From: an uncultured Dehalococcoidales bacterium
GTDB taxonomy: Bacteria > Chloroflexota > Dehalococcoidia > Dehalococcoidales > W111
Direction of reading: 5' to 3'
Length of the DNA: 59,851 nucleotides
Assembly: GCA_964575695.1 (NCBI GenBank)
Contig: CAZNSC010000002.1
Location: forward strand, 1 to 59,851
The translations under genes and the position numbers were made by a program. The notes below the pieces were generated by a model, which worked only from the letters and a program-made list of their open reading frames with translations, ran no database searches and had not been told where the DNA came from. Of the stretch, positions 18,872 to 27,908 are shown piece after piece (position 1 is the stretch's first letter; each line of letters opens with the position of its first letter).

Positions 18872-19198
18872 ATGCTCACTGTTATTAAGTATATAATACA
18901 GCATATGTTGGATTTCTATCGACGTATATGGCAGGCATTCTTAGTAGCTAGTCCTGCATGGGTAGGGATTGCTTATTTATTCAAAGATTATAATATAGCC
19001 TTCATAATTCTTCTTATTATAGCCTTTATCTGCTTCGTAGTAGCTCTTATAGGCTTATATTATGACTATCTAGATGCCCGTAGGAAAAAGAAAGAAGAAA
19101 AAAGGGAAGCGGATAAAATTGCACTCGCTGAATCGGTGAGGCGAATGCACCCCGGATATACTGAAGAACAAGTCAAATGGTTTATCGAGGGAAAGTAA
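18872..19198 (+). CDS. AT-rich orphan membrane protein (2 TM plus a Lys/Glu-rich tail)
   Basis: 108 aa. The ATG is preceded at 6 nt by GGGGTGAGG, a repeat-family end motif. A hand count on one 60-nt line gave 25% G+C. I recognise no family. Confidence 0.55.
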   Translation: MLTVIKYIIQHMLDFYRRIWQAFLVASPAWVGIAYLFKDYNIAFIILLIIAFICFVVALIGLYYDYLDARRKKKEEKREADKIALAESVRRMHPGYTEEQVKWFIEGK

Positions 19199-19317
19199 TA
19201 GAGAATTATTAAGTCACCGTCAAGTCATAAAACCACAACTGTCAACATCCCGACCAAATGCAAATAACACTGTACGTATAAAACCTTGCTTTTCTGATTC
19301 TTGCCAGCAAGGTAAAA

Positions 19318-19403
19318 CAGGGGGAGTTTGAGGGGGCGCCAGCCCCCTCTCTTAACTTATGTCCCCCTTCCCTTGTAAGGGAAGGGGGTCAGGGGGATAG
19401 GTT
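19318..19403. repeat. Hairpin-repeat cluster 6: B-type GAGGGGGC-GCCA-GCCCCCTC plus A-type CCCCCTTCCCTTGTAAGGGAAGGGGG-TCAGGGGGATAGG in + orientation
   Basis: Read directly. Confidence 0.8.
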
Positions 19404-19443
19404 GCTGGGAATCTGTTCCAGGCTACTCTTGATAAATGACTTT

Positions 19444-21729
19444 TTAAGCAAATAACAACTCCTCAAGTAATATCTGGGCCGCCTTTTTGTCTAGGGGCTG
19501 GTTATTATTGCCGCATTTGGGCGACTGGATACAACTGGGGCAGCCCTCAAGGCACGGGCACTCGGTGATGGCCGCCAGTGTTGCCTGCCATAGTTCCTCG
19601 GTGAGGTCAAAGCCTTTCTCGGCAATGCCGATGCCGCCGGGATAGGCATCATATATGAATATCTGGGCTTTGCCGGTATCCGGGTGGAGGGGGGTGGAGA
19701 CACCACCAATGTCATTGCGGTCACACAGGGCAAACAGGGGGAGGATGGCAATAGCGGCGTGCTCTGCCGCATGCAGACCGCCGGCAAAGTCCAGTTGTGC
19801 CTCATCCACGTAAGTGATAGCCTGCGGCGGCAGGTCAAACCAGAGGCCGATAGTGGGAAAGCGCTGCGGTGGCAGGTCGAGGGGCTCCTCCCCGATTACC
19901 TCCTCGGTGAACTGTGCCTTCTTCTTAAAGCCAACCACGGTAGTGGTAACCTCGACCTCACCAAGGTATACCTTTACCTGCCGGCAGCTCCGGCTGTTGA
20001 TTAGCCTCAAGATACGTAAATCAGTAATCTCCTTGGTCTGGGTATAATAAGCCGCCGTGGTCGGTGTGGCATAGGCAGTGTGGTTCGCCAGGTCAAGGTC
20101 AGTGACTAAATAGGGCTCCCCCTGATGGAGGTAGATAGCCCCGGGGTGCACCTGAAAGATGGCGACACTGGCCTCTACTGTCTCCAGCAGGGAGCCGGTT
20201 GCCGCATCAATAACGGCGAAGCTTTCCCCGGAGGTAGCACGAATATTGATGCTTTGCGCCGGATAGGAGATGGTGGGTGAAAGATACCACCTGCCTAGGC
20301 GCTCCCTGAGTATTCCCAGCTCTTCCAGCTCTGCTGTTTCCCGGCTTAAGGCCGGGCCAAAAAACCTGTCGTCATTACCTCGTAGTGGCAGCTCCCAGGC
20401 GGCACACAGAAGCTGGGCTCTCAAAATATAAGGGTTATCGGGATTGACCAGAGCATTCTCAAAGTTTTTTCCGAAAAAGTTGTCCGGGTGACGCATGAAG
20501 TACTGGTCTAGAGGATTGTCCAGCCCGATGAGGAAGCTTAAGGACTCATCTCTACCCCGACCACTCCTCCCCGCCTGCTGCCAGGTGCTGGCAATGCTCC
20601 CCGGGTAGCCAGTGAGCACGGTTGCCTCCAGGTCGCCAATATCTATCCCGAGCTCTAAGGCCGTGGTCGCCACCACCCCGAGCAGTTGACCCGAAAACAG
20701 CTCCTGCTCTATCTGCCGCCGTTCCTGGGGGAGATAGCCCGCTCGATAAGGTTTTATCCTTCCGGCCATGACGGGATCATTTTCAGTGAGACTCTGCCGC
20801 GAGTAGGTATAGATAAGCTCGGTTAATCGGCGGGTGCGGGCAAAGGTCAGGCTGCGGATATTGTGGCTGACTAACTCGGTGAACAGGTGCGTGGCTTCAC
20901 TATTAGCGCTGCGCCGAACGCTTTTGGCGACATCGATAATCGGCGGGTTCCAGAAAACAAACTCCTTGCCCCCGTGGGGGGAGCCATCGCTGTCAACTAC
21001 CTGAAACGGAAGCCCTGCCAGCTTTTGTGCGTGCTCACCGGGATTGGCTATTGTTGCCGAGCAGCAGATGAACTGGGGATTTGAGCCGTAGTGCTGGCAC
21101 AGGCGGCGCAGGCGACGCAGCACGCCGGCGACATGGGAGCCAAAAACACCTCGATAGACATGAGCTTCATCCACGACTACATATCTCAGGTTGCGGAGCA
21201 GCCTTGTCCAGGACGGATGATTAGGCAGTATCCCGATATGGAGCATATCGGGATTGGTGAGGACTATCCTGGCTCGACGCCTTATGTCAGCCCGCTCTGC
21301 CTGAGGAGTATCGCCATCAAAGGTGGCCAGCTCCTCAACCCTGAATAGTGCGGGGCAGAATAGCTCCTTTAAACCACGCAGCTGGTCTTGAGCCAGCGCC
21401 TTGGTGGGGAAGAGGTACAGGGCGCGGGTGCCCTTCTCAGTTAACATTGCCTCCAGTACAGCGGTGTTATAACACAATGTCTTGCCGCTGGCGCTTGAAG
21501 TTGCCACCATCACATTCCCGCCCCGCCGGGCGATATTCACGGCTTCAGCCTGGTGAGTATATAGTGGTAACAGGCCGTGAGCCTTCAGGCGATATTGAAG
21601 AGCGGCAGTCAGGGCTTTGTCCAAATCTCCGTATTTGGCCTGACGGGGGGGAATATGCTCGATGTGGGCAATCTGGCGGCTATAATTGGGCTGAGCCATA
21701 AGATACTGGAGAAACGCTGAGGGGTTCAT
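19444..21729 (-). CDS. DEAD/DEAH-box helicase with a C-terminal DUF1998/MrfA-type Zn-binding domain (YprA/MrfA-like)
   Basis: Helicase motifs are ATSSASGKT, VVDEAH and QQAGRSGR. The C-terminal Cys cluster is CPCLEGCPSCIQSPKCGNNN. I place the start at the ATG at 21729 (MNPSAF...), which avoids the overlap with the DUF503 gene; the ORF track gives 21768. Confidence 0.85.
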   Translation of the reverse strand: MNPSAFLQYLMAQPNYSRQIAHIEHIPPRQAKYGDLDKALTAALQYRLKAHGLLPLYTHQAEAVNIARRGGNVMVATSSASGKTLCYNTAVLEAMLTEKGTRALYLFPTKALAQDQLRGLKELFCPALFRVEELATFDGDTPQAERADIRRRARIVLTNPDMLHIGILPNHPSWTRLLRNLRYVVVDEAHVYRGVFGSHVAGVLRRLRRLCQHYGSNPQFICCSATIANPGEHAQKLAGLPFQVVDSDGSPHGGKEFVFWNPPIIDVAKSVRRSANSEATHLFTELVSHNIRSLTFARTRRLTELIYTYSRQSLTENDPVMAGRIKPYRAGYLPQERRQIEQELFSGQLLGVVATTALELGIDIGDLEATVLTGYPGSIASTWQQAGRSGRGRDESLSFLIGLDNPLDQYFMRHPDNFFGKNFENALVNPDNPYILRAQLLCAAWELPLRGNDDRFFGPALSRETAELEELGILRERLGRWYLSPTISYPAQSINIRATSGESFAVIDAATGSLLETVEASVAIFQVHPGAIYLHQGEPYLVTDLDLANHTAYATPTTAAYYTQTKEITDLRILRLINSRSCRQVKVYLGEVEVTTTVVGFKKKAQFTEEVIGEEPLDLPPQRFPTIGLWFDLPPQAITYVDEAQLDFAGGLHAAEHAAIAILPLFALCDRNDIGGVSTPLHPDTGKAQIFIYDAYPGGIGIAEKGFDLTEELWQATLAAITECPCLEGCPSCIQSPKCGNNNQPLDKKAAQILLEELLFA

Positions 21730-21742
21730 AATCGCCTCGTCA

Positions 21743-22033
21743 CTAAACGGACAGGATCTCAATTTCATAGTCGAGGATATCTATCTCAAACCGGCCCTCA
21801 GTAACAAAGTCCACCACTTTTGACAGTACCTCGTTGGTCAGGCGGCTACTGTTGGAGACGCAGCAGATGCCAAGGGTAGCCAGCTGCCAGAGATTCTGGT
21901 CATCAACTTCGGCAATAGAAACATTAAACCTGTTCTTGACTCGGGTAGTAATGGACTTCAATACCCGCCGTTTACCCTTAAGAGACTGATTCTCCGGTAA
22001 GCGGAGCTTAATTCTGCACACGCCCACATTCAT
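21743..22033 (-). CDS. DUF503 (YlxP-like) protein
   Basis: 96 aa. CRIKLRLPENQSLKGKRRVLKSITTRVKNRFNVSIAEVDDQNLWQ is typical of DUF503. Confidence 0.8.
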   Translation of the reverse strand: MNVGVCRIKLRLPENQSLKGKRRVLKSITTRVKNRFNVSIAEVDDQNLWQLATLGICCVSNSSRLTNEVLSKVVDFVTEGRFEIDILDYEIEILSV

Positions 22034-22253
22034 AACCGTTGATAGCCGGAATCTCTCAGTTTGGGGTGGTGTTTCAGTGAACTTGGCCCAAAAAACTGCG
22101 GTCTTTTCATCCTACCTGTCGCTGAGGTCGCTTGCCGTGAAGCCTGGGGAAATGATACCAGGGTATCGGATATAGTTCCACTATACTACCTGGCAATCGC
22201 CACGTCAAGGAAACGGTTCGTGAAGGGGGGTGAAGACCGTCTTCGAAACAAAT

Positions 22254-22281
22254 TTACAGGCTTCACGGCCTGTGCTATAAT
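22254..22281 (+). promoter_or_regulatory. Candidate rpsO promoter (TTACAG-16 nt-TGcTATAAT, extended -10)
   Basis: TTACAG at 22254-22259 and TATAAT at 22276-22281, preceded by TGC. Confidence 0.45.
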
Positions 22282-22339
22282 CTGGTAAACTTATGATATA
22301 CTTAAGTTTGCTAGATAATTAAGGGAGGCGGGGTATAAT

Positions 22340-22603
22340 TTGGACAAGAACAAGAAAACAGATATCATCAGCAAATTCAAGAAAGGGGAAAATGACACCG
22401 GTTCAACTGAGGTTCAGGTAGCTCTGCTTACTGAGAGGATACGCCAGTTGACAGAGCACATGATGGCTAATCGTCATGATTACCACACGCAGCGTGGACT
22501 GCTCAAGCTCGTGGGACAGAGGCGGCGGCTGCTATCTTACCTCAGCAGGGAGGATGTCGGTCGCTATCAGCGCCTGATAGCTGAGTTGGGACTGCGCAAG
22601 TAG
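22340..22603 (+). CDS. rpsO: 30S ribosomal protein S15
   Basis: 87 aa with a TTG start. It contains NDTGSTEVQVALLTERIRQLTEHM...DYHTQRGLLKLVGQRRRLLSYL. Confidence 0.95.
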   Translation: MDKNKKTDIISKFKKGENDTGSTEVQVALLTERIRQLTEHMMANRHDYHTQRGLLKLVGQRRRLLSYLSREDVGRYQRLIAELGLRK

Positions 22604-22623
22604 AGCTGTTAGAGGGAGGAATA

Positions 22624-24816
22624 TTGATAAGATCTCAATCGTTTGCCTGTGAAGTTGGGGGGAGAAACTTAGTCATTGAGACGGGCAAGCTCGCCGGTCA
22701 GGCAAGTGCTGCCGTTATTGTGCGCTACGGGGACTCGGTGGTGCTGGTAACTGCCTGTGTCAGTGACAAACCACGAGAGGGGGGAGATTTCCTGCCTCTG
22801 ACCGTGGACTATGAAGAACGGCTGTATGCTGCCGGTAAGATCCCCGGCGGCTTCATAAGAAGAGAAGGGCGTCCCAGCCAGGAGGCAACCCTGGCCAGTC
22901 GTCTTACCGACCGCTCGCTGCGTCCGCTTCTGCCCAAGCAGTGGCGCAACGATATTCAGATTGTGATTACTGTCCTTTCCGCTGACCAGGAAAACGACCC
23001 TGATACCCTGGCCGTTATTGGCGGCTCTGCGGCCCTGTCACTATCAGAAATACCGTTTGCCGGTCCCGTGGGGGCAGTTCGTATCGGCTATATTGATGAC
23101 CAGCTGGTGTTGAATCCCAAGTTGGCTCAGCTTGAGGGTAGCCGGCTTGACCTGGTTGTGGTCAGCACCAGGCAAGCGATTGTCATGGTAGAAGCCGGTG
23201 CCCAGGAGGTTCCCGAGGATATTGTTACCCAGGCAATTAAGCTGGGTCATGAGGCAAACCAAGGTATTATTAAGCTCCAGGAGGAGCTTCAGCAGGCTTG
23301 GGGGAAACCTAAGTTGGCAGCCCCTATTCCTGAGGCCAACCCCGACGTAGTTTCCGCAATTGGACCAATCGTTAATGAACGGCTTGCTCATGCCTTAAGC
23401 GGACTGGAGAAATCGGAGCGGGAGCAGGCGCTACATAGTTTACAGAGAGAGCTTATAGAGCGCTTCAGTGACCAGTTTCTGGAGCCGGATATACTCTCGG
23501 CTCTGGAAACGATGGTTAGAGCCAGGATGAGGAGTAATATCCTTGGCGAGGCAAGGCGTGTTGATGGCCGCCGTCTGGTCGATGTCCGTCCCATTAGCTG
23601 TGAGATAGGACTTCTGCCCCGCACCCATGGCTCGGCCCTATTTAGCAGGGGGCAGACACAGGTCCTGACCATTACTACCCTGGGTCCGATTGGCAAGGAG
23701 CAGCAGCTTGATGGGCTAGGTATCGAGGAGACGAAGCGCTTCATCCATCACTATAATTTCCCGCCGTTCTCTACCGGTGAGGTGGGGCGGATAGGTGTCC
23801 CCGGTCGCCGGGCAATCGGGCACGGCGCTCTTGCCGAGCGGGCTATCGTGCCGGTACTACCTAAGGATGAAGATTTTCCGTACACCATTCGCCTCGTCTC
23901 GGAGGTTCTTAGCTCCAGTGGCAGCACATCTATGGCCAGTGTTTGTGCCTCAAGCCTGTCCCTGATGGATGCCGGCATACCAGTGAAGACAGCCGTCGCC
24001 GGGATAGCCATGGGCTTGGTCACTGGTGACAACAGTAATTATGCTGTCCTGACCGATATCGAGGGTATAGAGGATGGTTATGGTGATATGGACTTTAAGG
24101 TGGCCGGGACGGAGAGCGGTATTACGGCGCTACAGATGGATATCAAGCTCAAGGGCATAAGCCTGGAAATCATAAAAGAGGCGCTGGGCCAGGCTCGACA
24201 GGCTCGCCTGTCTATTCTGGAGGTGATGCAGCAGACTATCAGTGCCAGCCGGCCTGAGGTCAGCCGCTATGCGCCCCGAATGTACAAAATGATGATTGAC
24301 CCGAGTAAGATTGGCGCTGTGATTGGCACTGGTGGTAAAACGATCAGGTCAATTATTGATGAAACCAAGGCGACGGTTGATATTGAAAATGACGGCACAG
24401 TGGTTATCGGCTCACCTGACGAAGCGTCAGCCCGACGGGCTATTGAAATCATTGAAGGGCTAACGAAGGAGGTAGAAGTTGGCAGTACCTATACCGGTAA
24501 GGTAACTCGCCTGATGAACTTTGGAGCCTTTGTAGAAATCCTGCCTGGCAAAGAAGGTCTGGTTCACATCAGCGAACTGGCCGACTACCGGGTAGCCAAG
24601 GTTGAGGACGTAGTCCAGGTTGGTGACGAGGTTATGGTAAAAGTTGTTGGCGTTGATGACCTGGGCAGGATAAAGCTATCACGTCGGGCGGTTTTTGATA
24701 AGCCCTCGGAGGTGCCCGGAGCCAGGGTAAGTGATTCGCTGGGTACTGGGTATCAGGCGAGGAAGCAAGAAGGGAGGCGCTTCCCCCAGCGGCGGCCGGT
24801 AAGCAAACGCCATTAG
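22624..24816 (+). CDS. pnp: Polyribonucleotide nucleotidyltransferase (PNPase)
   Basis: 730 aa. It has two RNase PH domains, a KH domain (IGAVIGTGGKTIRSI) and an S1 domain (GKVTRLMNFGAFVEILPGKEGLVHISEL). Confidence 0.97.
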   Translation: MIRSQSFACEVGGRNLVIETGKLAGQASAAVIVRYGDSVVLVTACVSDKPREGGDFLPLTVDYEERLYAAGKIPGGFIRREGRPSQEATLASRLTDRSLRPLLPKQWRNDIQIVITVLSADQENDPDTLAVIGGSAALSLSEIPFAGPVGAVRIGYIDDQLVLNPKLAQLEGSRLDLVVVSTRQAIVMVEAGAQEVPEDIVTQAIKLGHEANQGIIKLQEELQQAWGKPKLAAPIPEANPDVVSAIGPIVNERLAHALSGLEKSEREQALHSLQRELIERFSDQFLEPDILSALETMVRARMRSNILGEARRVDGRRLVDVRPISCEIGLLPRTHGSALFSRGQTQVLTITTLGPIGKEQQLDGLGIEETKRFIHHYNFPPFSTGEVGRIGVPGRRAIGHGALAERAIVPVLPKDEDFPYTIRLVSEVLSSSGSTSMASVCASSLSLMDAGIPVKTAVAGIAMGLVTGDNSNYAVLTDIEGIEDGYGDMDFKVAGTESGITALQMDIKLKGISLEIIKEALGQARQARLSILEVMQQTISASRPEVSRYAPRMYKMMIDPSKIGAVIGTGGKTIRSIIDETKATVDIENDGTVVIGSPDEASARRAIEIIEGLTKEVEVGSTYTGKVTRLMNFGAFVEILPGKEGLVHISELADYRVAKVEDVVQVGDEVMVKVVGVDDLGRIKLSRRAVFDKPSEVPGARVSDSLGTGYQARKQEGRRFPQRRPVSKRH

Positions 24817-24827
24817 GGAGTCAGCTT

Positions 24828-25631
24828 ATGACGCCAATCAAGGTAGTAGTCCGGGGTGCATCAGGTAGAATGGGGCGAGAGGTGATTAGCGCTCTGTGCC
24901 GCGAACCTGAGGTAGAGGTGGTCGGTGCTGTAGAAGTACAGCCTGCCCAGGAGTTTCTGCTCCTGCCCGATGGCTCGGGGACGGTGCCTTTTTCTTCTGA
25001 CCTGGAGTATATTCTGACCAGTTGCCAGCCCGCTGTGCTGGTAGATTTCACCGTGGCTCAGGCTATCATGCCGGCGGTGCGGGTGGCTACCAAGCACGGA
25101 GTTAACTTGGTCATCGGAACCACCGGGCTGACGGCTGGTGATGTTAGTGAAATTGACCAGTTAGCTAAAGCTCACCGGGTTGGTATTGTGGTGGCGTCAA
25201 ACTTCGCCCTCGGGGCGGTGCTGATGATTCACCTCTCCAAGATAGCTGGCCGGTATCTTGACTACACCGAAATTATAGAGTTGCACCATCATCAGAAGGC
25301 GGATGCCCCTTCCGGGACGGCTCTGGCGACGGCCAAAGCCATGGTAGCTGCCCGAGGCAAGCCATTCTCTTATCCGGAGCAAAGCCGGACCTCGGCCAGC
25401 CGGGGAGAGCTGGTTGATGGCATTGCGATTCATAGTGTACGCCTGCCTGGTCTTCTGGGTCACCAGGAGGTGATTCTCGGCGGGCCAGGGCAAACACTGA
25501 GCATTCGCCATGATACCATTAGTCGCGAGTGCTATATGCCGGGGGTTATTCTCGCTGTCAAGGAAGTAGTCAAGCGACAGGGCCTAGTCTATGGTCTAGA
25601 TGTCCTGCTGGGTTTGCAGGAGGAGCGATGA
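24828..25631 (+). CDS. dapB: 4-hydroxy-tetrahydrodipicolinate reductase
   Basis: 267 aa. It contains GASGRMG and ELHHHQKADAPSGTA. Confidence 0.93.
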   Translation: MTPIKVVVRGASGRMGREVISALCREPEVEVVGAVEVQPAQEFLLLPDGSGTVPFSSDLEYILTSCQPAVLVDFTVAQAIMPAVRVATKHGVNLVIGTTGLTAGDVSEIDQLAKAHRVGIVVASNFALGAVLMIHLSKIAGRYLDYTEIIELHHHQKADAPSGTALATAKAMVAARGKPFSYPEQSRTSASRGELVDGIAIHSVRLPGLLGHQEVILGGPGQTLSIRHDTISRECYMPGVILAVKEVVKRQGLVYGLDVLLGLQEER

Positions 25632-26653
25632 ATGGGTACAGAGTGGCCATTGTTGGTGCCACGGGGCTGGTCGGGCAGGAGTTTATCAGGGTATTAGGAC
25701 AACGCAACTTCCCGATGGCTTCAATTCGCCTTCTGGCTTCAGACCGTTCGGCGGGCAGGAAGCTGCTGTTCAACCATCAGGAGATTGAGGTTGAGGAGAC
25801 GACCCCCGATTCGTTCAAGGAGGTAGATATTGCCCTCTTCTCTGCCGGGGCTGAGAACAGTCGCTACTTCTCCCCGATCGCTGCTCAGTCCAGGGCGGTG
25901 GTGATTGATAATAGTGCTGCCTTTAGGATGGTGCCCTCGGTTCCCTTGGTGGTTCCTGAAGTCAATCCCGAGGACATCAAATGGCATAAGGGGATTATTG
26001 CCAACCCGAACTGCTCGACTATTCAGATGGTAGTGGCTCTATACCCCCTGCACAAGGTTAACCCTATCAAGCGGGTTATTGTTGATACCTACCAGTCGGT
26101 ATCGGGCACCGGTTCTGCGGCGGTAGACGAGCTAACGACGCAAACCAGGCAGGTGCTCGATGGGCAGACCACCGCTCCGCACGTTTACCCCCACCAGATA
26201 GCCTTTAATATACTGCCAGAGATAGACGTGTTTTTGGATAATGGCTACACTAAAGAAGAGTGGAAGATGGTCGAGGAGTCCAAGAAGATAATGCATGCCG
26301 ACAATATGGCGGTCTCGGCTACCTGTGTCCGCGTCCCCGTGTTTACCGGGCATAGTGAGGCAATCCACGTCGAGTTCTCCCACCCGATTTCACCCGATGA
26401 TGCGGAGGGTATCCTGGCTCAGGCGCCGGGGATCAAGCTATTAGATGACCCGACGGTCAGTCTTTATCCCCAGCCGTGGTCAGCAGCCGGCACCGACGAG
26501 GTTTTCGTCGGGCGAATTCGAAGTGATGCCTCCCATCCCAACGGCCTGGTCATGTGGGTTGTGGCTGACAATCTGCGTAAGGGAGCGGCTCTCAATGCCG
26601 TCCAGATCGCCGAGGAGATGCTGAAGAGGGAGTGGATACACCCCCAGGGGTAG
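25628..26653 (+). CDS. asd: Aspartate-semialdehyde dehydrogenase
   Basis: The true start is the ATG at 25628, overlapping the dapB stop (ATGA): MNGYRVAIVGATGLVGQEF. The active site is NPNCSTI. The ORF track's 25529 start overlaps dapB. Confidence 0.93.
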   Translation: MNGYRVAIVGATGLVGQEFIRVLGQRNFPMASIRLLASDRSAGRKLLFNHQEIEVEETTPDSFKEVDIALFSAGAENSRYFSPIAAQSRAVVIDNSAAFRMVPSVPLVVPEVNPEDIKWHKGIIANPNCSTIQMVVALYPLHKVNPIKRVIVDTYQSVSGTGSAAVDELTTQTRQVLDGQTTAPHVYPHQIAFNILPEIDVFLDNGYTKEEWKMVEESKKIMHADNMAVSATCVRVPVFTGHSEAIHVEFSHPISPDDAEGILAQAPGIKLLDDPTVSLYPQPWSAAGTDEVFVGRIRSDASHPNGLVMWVVADNLRKGAALNAVQIAEEMLKREWIHPQG

Positions 26654-26657
26654 TGAA

Positions 26658-27548
26658 ATGGGTGAACTGGGGCGACTAATTACGGCGATGGTGACCCCCT
26701 TTGATGAAGAGGGGGGGGTTGATTATCAGCAGGCGACGCGGTTGGCCTTAGCCCTGCTCAACTCGGGGAGCGACGGCTTGCTTGTCGTGGGCACAACTGG
26801 GGAATCTCCCACCCTTGTCCGTGACGAGGAGATACGCCTGTTCAATGAGGTGAAATCAGCGGTCGGCGGACGGGGAGCCGTAATAGCGGGCACGGGTAGC
26901 AATAGCACCGCCGAGGCCTTGGAGGCGACCAAAGGGGCAGAGCGAATAGGGGTTGATGCCTGCCTGTTAGTTGTTCCCTACTATAATAAGCCCACTCAAG
27001 AGGGCTTGTACCGGCACTTTAAGGCTATTGCTGAGAGCACCAGTTTGCCCTGTATCCTGTATAATGTGCCCTCACGCACCGTTACCAGCCTGTCCGCAGA
27101 GACGGTTATCAGGCTAAGTCAGATTGATAACATTATCGGCATAAAGGAAGCCAGCGGCAACCTCGACCAGATTGCCAGGATTATCAGTGGTGCCAAGAAG
27201 GGCTTCTTGGTCTATAGTGGCAACGACAGCGATACCCTGCCGATACTGGCCCTGGGGGGCTACGGGGTCATCAGTGTTGCCTCCCATCTGGTGGGTAAGC
27301 AGATAAAAGAAATGATCGACAGCTTCATCGGTGGTAAATCAGACAAAGCTGCCAGCATCCACCGCTACCTGCTCCCCCTGGTTAACGCTCTGTTTGTGGT
27401 GGCTAACCCGATTCCGGTTAAGTACGCCCTTAACCATGTTGGTTTCCGGGTAGGGAAGCCGCGGCTGCCGCTCACCGAGCCGGACGAAAAAACAGCGGCA
27501 TTAATCAGGGAGACGCTGAAAGACTATAAGATTGACCTGCCGGTTTAG
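26658..27548 (+). CDS. dapA: 4-hydroxy-tetrahydrodipicolinate synthase
   Basis: 296 aa. It contains TAMVTPF, GTTGES, YYNKPTQEG and IIGIKEASG. Confidence 0.95.
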   Translation: MGELGRLITAMVTPFDEEGGVDYQQATRLALALLNSGSDGLLVVGTTGESPTLVRDEEIRLFNEVKSAVGGRGAVIAGTGSNSTAEALEATKGAERIGVDACLLVVPYYNKPTQEGLYRHFKAIAESTSLPCILYNVPSRTVTSLSAETVIRLSQIDNIIGIKEASGNLDQIARIISGAKKGFLVYSGNDSDTLPILALGGYGVISVASHLVGKQIKEMIDSFIGGKSDKAASIHRYLLPLVNALFVVANPIPVKYALNHVGFRVGKPRLPLTEPDEKTAALIRETLKDYKIDLPV

Positions 27549-27561
27549 AGATTTTCCTTCA

Positions 27562-27893
27562 ACCTCTCACCCCTTTAATCCCCCTCTCCTTCTAAGGAGA
27601 GGGGGAAGAATTTTCTTAAGAGGGACGAAGTCCCTCTTTAACATCCTATAGCTAAAGCTTGTTTTGCCTGCTCTCCCTCTAACGATATATAAGAGGAGCG
27701 TCAGCCCCTCTTTTTTTTCTTTCTCCCTCCTTTGAAGGCGGTTCGAGTTTAAGAGGGGCTTGACGTCCCTCTTTCTTTTTCCTCCCCCTCCTTTGAAGAA
27801 GTGGATAGCGAAGGAGAGTCAAAGAGAGGCGAAGCCTCTCTTACATAAGCAATTCCCCCTCCCTTGGAAAGGGAGGGGGATAAAGGGGGTGGG
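27562..27893. repeat. Hairpin-repeat cluster 7: about 330-bp array of roughly 5 A+B units with inverted A-type termini
   Basis: The left end is ACCTCTCACCCCTTTAATCCCCCTCTCCTTCTAAGGAGAGGGGG. The right end is CCCCCTCCCTTGGAAAGGGAGGGGGATAAAGGGGGTGGGTT, approximately its reverse complement. There are four internal B hairpins. Confidence 0.85.
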
Positions 27894-27908
27894 TTTAATA
27901 AATAATCT

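Noticed and set aside
19444-21729. The DUF1998 helicase was considered as part of a DISARM or Druantia defence system.
   Set aside because: It is a single fused gene of YprA/MrfA size. No DrmB/C/D/E, DruH or methylase partners are adjacent, and its neighbours are housekeeping genes.
27562-27893. The repeat arrays here, and at 49631-49950, could be mistaken for CRISPR arrays because of their periodic palindromic repeats.
   Set aside because: The repeats are of two different types and vary in sequence and spacing. The 'spacers' are themselves repeat modules. No cas genes or leader are present. The same modules also occur singly all over the window.
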